Below are positions 59,740 through 64,000 of a stretch of 64,000 nt of DNA, in pieces. The translations under genes and the position numbers were made by a program. This stretch comes from Octopus vulgaris (Eukaryota): the NCBI GenBank assembly GCA_951406725.2, contig OX597820.1, forward strand, positions 49,538,001 to 49,602,000, read 5' to 3'. Below the pieces are notes generated by a model. That model did no database searches, was not told where the DNA came from, and saw only the letters and a list, made by a program, of their open reading frames with translations. Every line of letters begins with the position of its first letter. The stretch's first letter is position 1.

Positions 59740-60344
59740 TGAGATGGTGGTGGCGGTGAGAGAGAAAGAGTGGGTGAATGAGAGAGAGAGAAGAGTAGAG
59801 ACAGACAGACAGACAGAGAGAGAAAGGGAGACAGAGGATGAGGGAGAAAATGGTAGAGAGAGAAAAAGAGAAAGAGATTGAGAAGATGGTGGTGAGACGG
59901 GAAGAGTGAGTGAATGAGAGAGAGAAGAGTAGAGAGAGAAAGAGAGAGAAAGGGAGAATGAGTGAGAAAATAGTAGATAGAGAAAGAGTGAGAGTAAGAG
60001 AAAGAATATGTGAGAGAATGGTAGAAAGAGAGAAAAAGAGAAAGAGATTGAGAAGATGGTGGTGAGACGGGGAGAGAAAAGTAGAGAGAGAAAGAGAGAG
60101 AAAAGGAGAATGAGTGAGAAAATAGTAGATAGAGAAAGAGTGAGAGTAAGAGGAAGAATATGTGAGAGAATGGTAGAAAGAGAGAAAAAGAGAAAGAGAT
60201 TGAGAAGATGGTGGAGAGACGGGAAGAGTGAGTGAATGTGGGAGAGAAGAGTAGAGAGAGAAAGGGAGAATGAGTGAGAAAATAGTAGATAGAGAAATAG
60301 TGAGACAGAAACTGAGTGAGAGAATTGTAGATAGAGATAGAGTG

Positions 60345-60384
<40 letters not shown>

Positions 60385-60960
60385 GCAGAGAGAGAAAAAG
60401 AGAGAGAGGATGAGTGAGAAAATGGCAGAAAGAGGGAAAGAGAGGATGAGTGAAAGAATGATACAGAGATAAAGAGAGAAAGAGATCGAGAAGATGGTGG
60501 TGAGACGGAAAGAGTGTGTGAATGTGGGAGAGAAAAGTAGAGAGCGAAGGGAGAAAGAGTGAGAAAATAGTAGATAGAGAAAGAGTGAAACAGAAACTGA
60601 GTGAGAGAATTGTAGATAGAGATAGAGTGAAAGAGGGAGAGAGAATGGCAGAGAGAGAAAAAGAGAAAGAGGATGAGTGAGAAAATGGCAGAAAGACGGA
60701 AAGAAAGGATGAGTGAAAGAATGGTAAAGAGATAAAGAGAGAAAGAGAGAGATAAAAAGGGAATGAGTGAGAGGGTACCAGAGAGAGAAAATGAGTGAGA
60801 GGATGCCCGAGAAAGAGAGAGACAAAGAGAGAGAGAGTGAAAAGGAGAAGAAATGAGTGAAAGACTGGCGGAGAGAGAGAAATACAAACAGCGAGAGAAA
60901 GACAGTGAAAGAAATAATGAAAGAGAAAGAAGAGAGAGAGAGAGAGAGAGAGAGAGCAGA
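59740..60960. repeat. Complex GA-rich higher-order minisatellite
   Basis: Recurrent modules GAGAAGATGGTGGTGAGACGG, AATGAGTGAGAAAATAGTAGATAGAGAAA and AATGGCAGAGAGAG. Confidence 0.85.
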
Positions 60961-61588
60961 AGCATGTAAACATGCAATGTGCAGCAGTTGTTAATGGTGA
61001 GAGATATAAGGCGATTTATACAGAGAGAGTAAGAGAGAGAGAGAGAGAGAGAGAGAATGGAAGACAGGTAGAAGTAGAGGTAGAAGGGAACGGAATGAGA
61101 CTGGTGTTTTGGGGCCTATTGATTCTAAACATGTATCATCACACACCAGCACACCACCGCTATTAGACTATCAACAGTACCGCCACTGCCCCCACTGCCG
61201 CCGCCGCCGCCATTACCATCACCGCATAAGCTGTGTGCCACCTATATGTCACTATTAAAGAGCACTAACGCTACACCGCCATATAATCATCAACAACTAC
61301 CGCCACACAAGCACCGACATCGCAACGACACCATTCGCAGGATCATTATCACAACAACAATCATCAATAGAACCACCAGCAGCAGTAGTAGCAACAGCAG
61401 CAACCGCACCACAGCCAGCAACATCACCACAAACAGCAGTACCACTGCCATTCCCCGCCACCGCAACCTCTATCACAACAAACACCATTGCCCCTACCAC
61501 CATCGCCAGTAGCGTCACCATAAGCATCATTCATGACGCCGCCGCTGCCTCCAGCAACAGAAGACAACAACCAAGAAAGGAACAAGAA

Positions 61589-62005
61589 GCGGCGAGCTGG
61601 CGGAAACGTTAGCACGCCGGGCGAAATGCTTAGCAGTATTTCGTCTGCCGCTACGTTCTGAGTTCAAATTCCGCCGAGGTCGACTTTGCCTTTCATCCTT
61701 TCGGGGTCAATAAATTAAGTACCAGTTACGCACTGAGGTCGATATAATCGACTTAATCCCTTTGTCTGTCCTTGTTTGTCCTCTCTGTGTTTAGCCCCTT
61801 GTGGGTAGTAAAGAAATAGGTATTTCGCCCATCGCCACGATCTGAGTTCAAATTCCTCCGAGATCGACTTTGCCCTCCATCGTTTCGGAACGATAAATTA
61901 AGTATCAGGTATGCACTGGAGTCGATGTAATCGACTTAATCCCTGTGCCCGTCCTTGTTTGTCCCCTCTATGTTTAGCCCCTTGTGAACAATAAAGCAAT
62001 AAGAA
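61589..62005 (+). mobile_element. SINE family B with duplicated body
   Basis: Head GCGGCGAGCTGGCGGAAACGTTAGC followed by two tandem bodies. Confidence 0.9.
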
Positions 62006-62089
62006 AGGAACATCTGTGTAGTCCTTGGATTTGCTAAAGATAGCAAATTACAGCCCTCTGACTTGGAAAACGATTGTGACAATGCGATC

Positions 62090-62480
62090 ATAGGCGCAGG
62101 TATGACGGGTGGTAAGAAGTTTCTTTCCGCACCACTGCGTGGTGCCTCCGGTAAGTGTCTTCTACTGTTGCTTCCAGCTGAAAGAAAGCCCTGTCAGTGG
62201 ATTCGATAGACGGAAAGAAGCCGGTCATATACATATGTGTGTGTGTGTGTGTTTGTGTGTTTGTGTGCCTGAGTCTCCGTTTCCCCGCCCCCTCTACCGC
62301 TTGACAACATGTGTTGGCGTGTTTACGCCGCTATAACATAGCCAAAAGTGAACGATAGGATAAGTGAACGGCTTTAAAAAAAAGACCTGGGATCGATTTG
62401 TTTTCTGCTTAAACCCCTCAAGGTGGAACTCCATTATGGCCGTAGTCTAATGACTGAAACAAGTAAAAGATAAAAAAGAT
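62090..62480 (+). mobile_element. SINE family A
   Basis: AGGCGCAGG head and TGACTGAAACAAGTAAAAGA tail. Confidence 0.8.
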
Positions 62481-62712
62481 AAGTTCCCTAATCATAAGAA
62501 AATCTAAGGTGCCACAAGATAACCGTAATCTTTGATGACAAATCTGCCCGTTGAAGGCTTGCCTGGGGCTAAAAACCAAAAATAAAGAAATGATACGAAT
62601 ACATTATTATGGGCCAACGAGGTCAGTCAAGTGGTTAGAAATAGGGGTTAAGAGTCATCAAATTACACGTTTCTCGTGAAAGGTAGGGTATAAGTCAAAG
62701 AGGTGTTAATTA

Positions 62713-62853
62713 TAGGCGCAGGAGTGGCTATGTGGTAAGTAGCCTGCTTACCAGCCACATGGTCGCGGGGTCAGTCCCACTGCGTGGCACCTTGGGTAAG
62801 TGTCTTCTACTATAGAGTCGAATTGGTAGACGGAAACTGGAAGAAGCCCGTCG

Positions 62854-62860
<7 letters not shown>
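62713..62860 (+). mobile_element. SINE family A 5' half, interrupted at its (TA)n by the PLE
   Basis: AGGCGCAGGAGTGGCTATGTGG...GAAGCCCGTCGTATA followed by a TA run. Confidence 0.85.
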
Positions 62861-62896
<36 letters not shown>

Positions 62897-62925
62897 ATAC
62901 AATATGTTACATTACTCGGTAGTCA

Positions 62926-62988
62926 AGATAAAACTCTGAGTTTCAGATGCCGAAGTGGAAATCCACAACACCATCTCTTCGGTTATCT
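62926..62988 (-). ncRNA. Hammerhead ribozyme in PLE pseudo-LTR (U4C core)
   Basis: AGAUAA-CCGAAGA-GAUG...GUGG(AUUU)CCAC...CAUC-U-GAAA-CUCAGAG-UU-UUAUCU: 6-bp stem I, quasi-palindromic stem III, one extra U before GAAA. Confidence 0.7.
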
Positions 62989-63182
62989 GGCTATTTGAAA
63001 ACGTTATGAAAAAATACCGTTAAAAATGAAGGGAAATTACTCTGTTATAACTCTGCTTTGCCTGCGTACTTATACATCGCTCGCATTTTTCGTCATAAAA
63101 ATTATATAAAAATACATAAAAATATATAAAAATATATAAAAATATATAAAATCTTCTTGGGACATAACACAGAAAGCATGTT

Positions 63183-63763
63183 CTATCCGTTTTCTTTAGG
63201 GGACCAAAAACGTAACAGAAATTTAGTCACATGTGGGCATGATCCGAAAAGCTCTGTCCTTGTATTTAGACATGTGGTAGGGTCTAAGCTGCTTTTCCAG
63301 ATAAGCCATCTCTCCATGTCGCATAAACCGCACCTTCCGCTGCCGTTAGTATAGGGCTTACATCTGGCCAAAATCTTCCATTGTATGTTATAATCGACAC
63401 CTTTATCTCTTAAAGACCAAATATGATTGGATAATTGTGTCGCTTTTCTTTTGTTCCAGTGCCTAAAGCTCAAAGTGTGGTTATTGAACCTGGCCTTGAA
63501 ATTACCCTCTGTCAGGCCCACGTATTTCTTCGTCGAAACGGTGTCTTTAGTGGTTATAGAGTTTACGGTAGCTTCATATATGATGGTCTTGGACATGCAA
63601 GCTCCATTTAGCGGGCACAATTCTTTATTCCTGCATGAACAGCTGTTTTCTTCTTGTGTTTTTTGTATGTTATGATTGATTATGTTTTTAAAATTGGTAG
63701 TTGAACTAAAACTAATTTTTAAATTGTGTCTATTGAAGAGTTTCCTATAAGCATGGGTAATAA
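63183..63763 (-). mobile_element. Penelope-like element GIY-YIG endonuclease (Neptune-like), inverted segment
   Basis: CSCRNKELCPLNGAC zinc-finger linker, IIYEATV...KYVGLTEGNFKARFNNH, CGLCDMER...LN.RTEL...CPH. Confidence 0.9.
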
Positions 63764-64000
63764 GCACGGGTAAAAAACACCGACACGGAGGGCGCTTTCG
63801 ATGTGAGCATGGGTTCATATGATGGGGCAGGCATCTGTGATCTAATTGGACTCTTTCTCCTAGATACCTTCAGTAAGACATTCCCTAACGTACATTTCGC
63901 CATCTACAAAGATGATGCCCTCGCCTTAACAGCTAATACAAATAGACCAGCACAAGATCGTTTTAGGAAGGATATTATCCAGTTAATGAAACACTTCGGA
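63764..64000 (+). mobile_element. Penelope-like element reverse transcriptase (5'-truncated, continues beyond window)
   Basis: Open frame ARVKNTDTEGAFDVSMGSYDGAGICDLIGLFLL...FAIYKDDALA, matching Neptune-type FDVTMGSYDGAE...YRDD. Confidence 0.9.

Noticed and set aside
58864-60977. 417-653 aa minus-strand ORFs
   Set aside because: Stop-free in all three frames because the strand is CT-rich repeat; S/L/F low complexity.
63764-63818. N-terminus (MNPCSHRK...) of the 211-aa minus ORF
   Set aside because: It is the antisense of the plus-strand RT across the inversion junction, not a real start.

Overview
AT-rich, microsatellite-saturated eukaryotic DNA. The SINE and repeat repertoire strongly resembles an Octopus (coleoid cephalopod) genome; this is inference from recognition, not a database result. 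The only host protein-coding sequence is a 2-kb first coding exon of a heparan sulfate glucosamine 3-O-sulfotransferase (HS3ST, minus strand, 5668-3660) with a very long low-complexity stem. The remaining ~58 kb is its upstream region, filled with tRNA-derived SINEs, decayed LINEs (R4/Dong-like, RTE-like), Penelope-like elements (PLEs), mariner/pogo/hAT MITEs and Helentron/Helitron-like elements. Nearly all other ORFs in the track are microsatellite artefacts. The most striking signal is a set of unrelated small non-coding elements carrying minimal type I hammerhead ribozymes (HHRs) with palindromic stem III. They sit in (TA)n or (AAT)n tracts and mostly occur as head-to-head fold-back palindromes (HHR-bearing at 28.2, 43.3, 49.6 and 53.4 kb; a related non-canonical motif at 13.1 and 57.3 kb). 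One family couples a tRNA-derived Pol III head to an HHR, i.e. a candidate Penelope-mobilised ribozyme SINE. A Neptune-like PLE (RT + GIY-YIG + HHR, inverted 5' arrangement) at the right edge is a plausible trans-mobilising partner.
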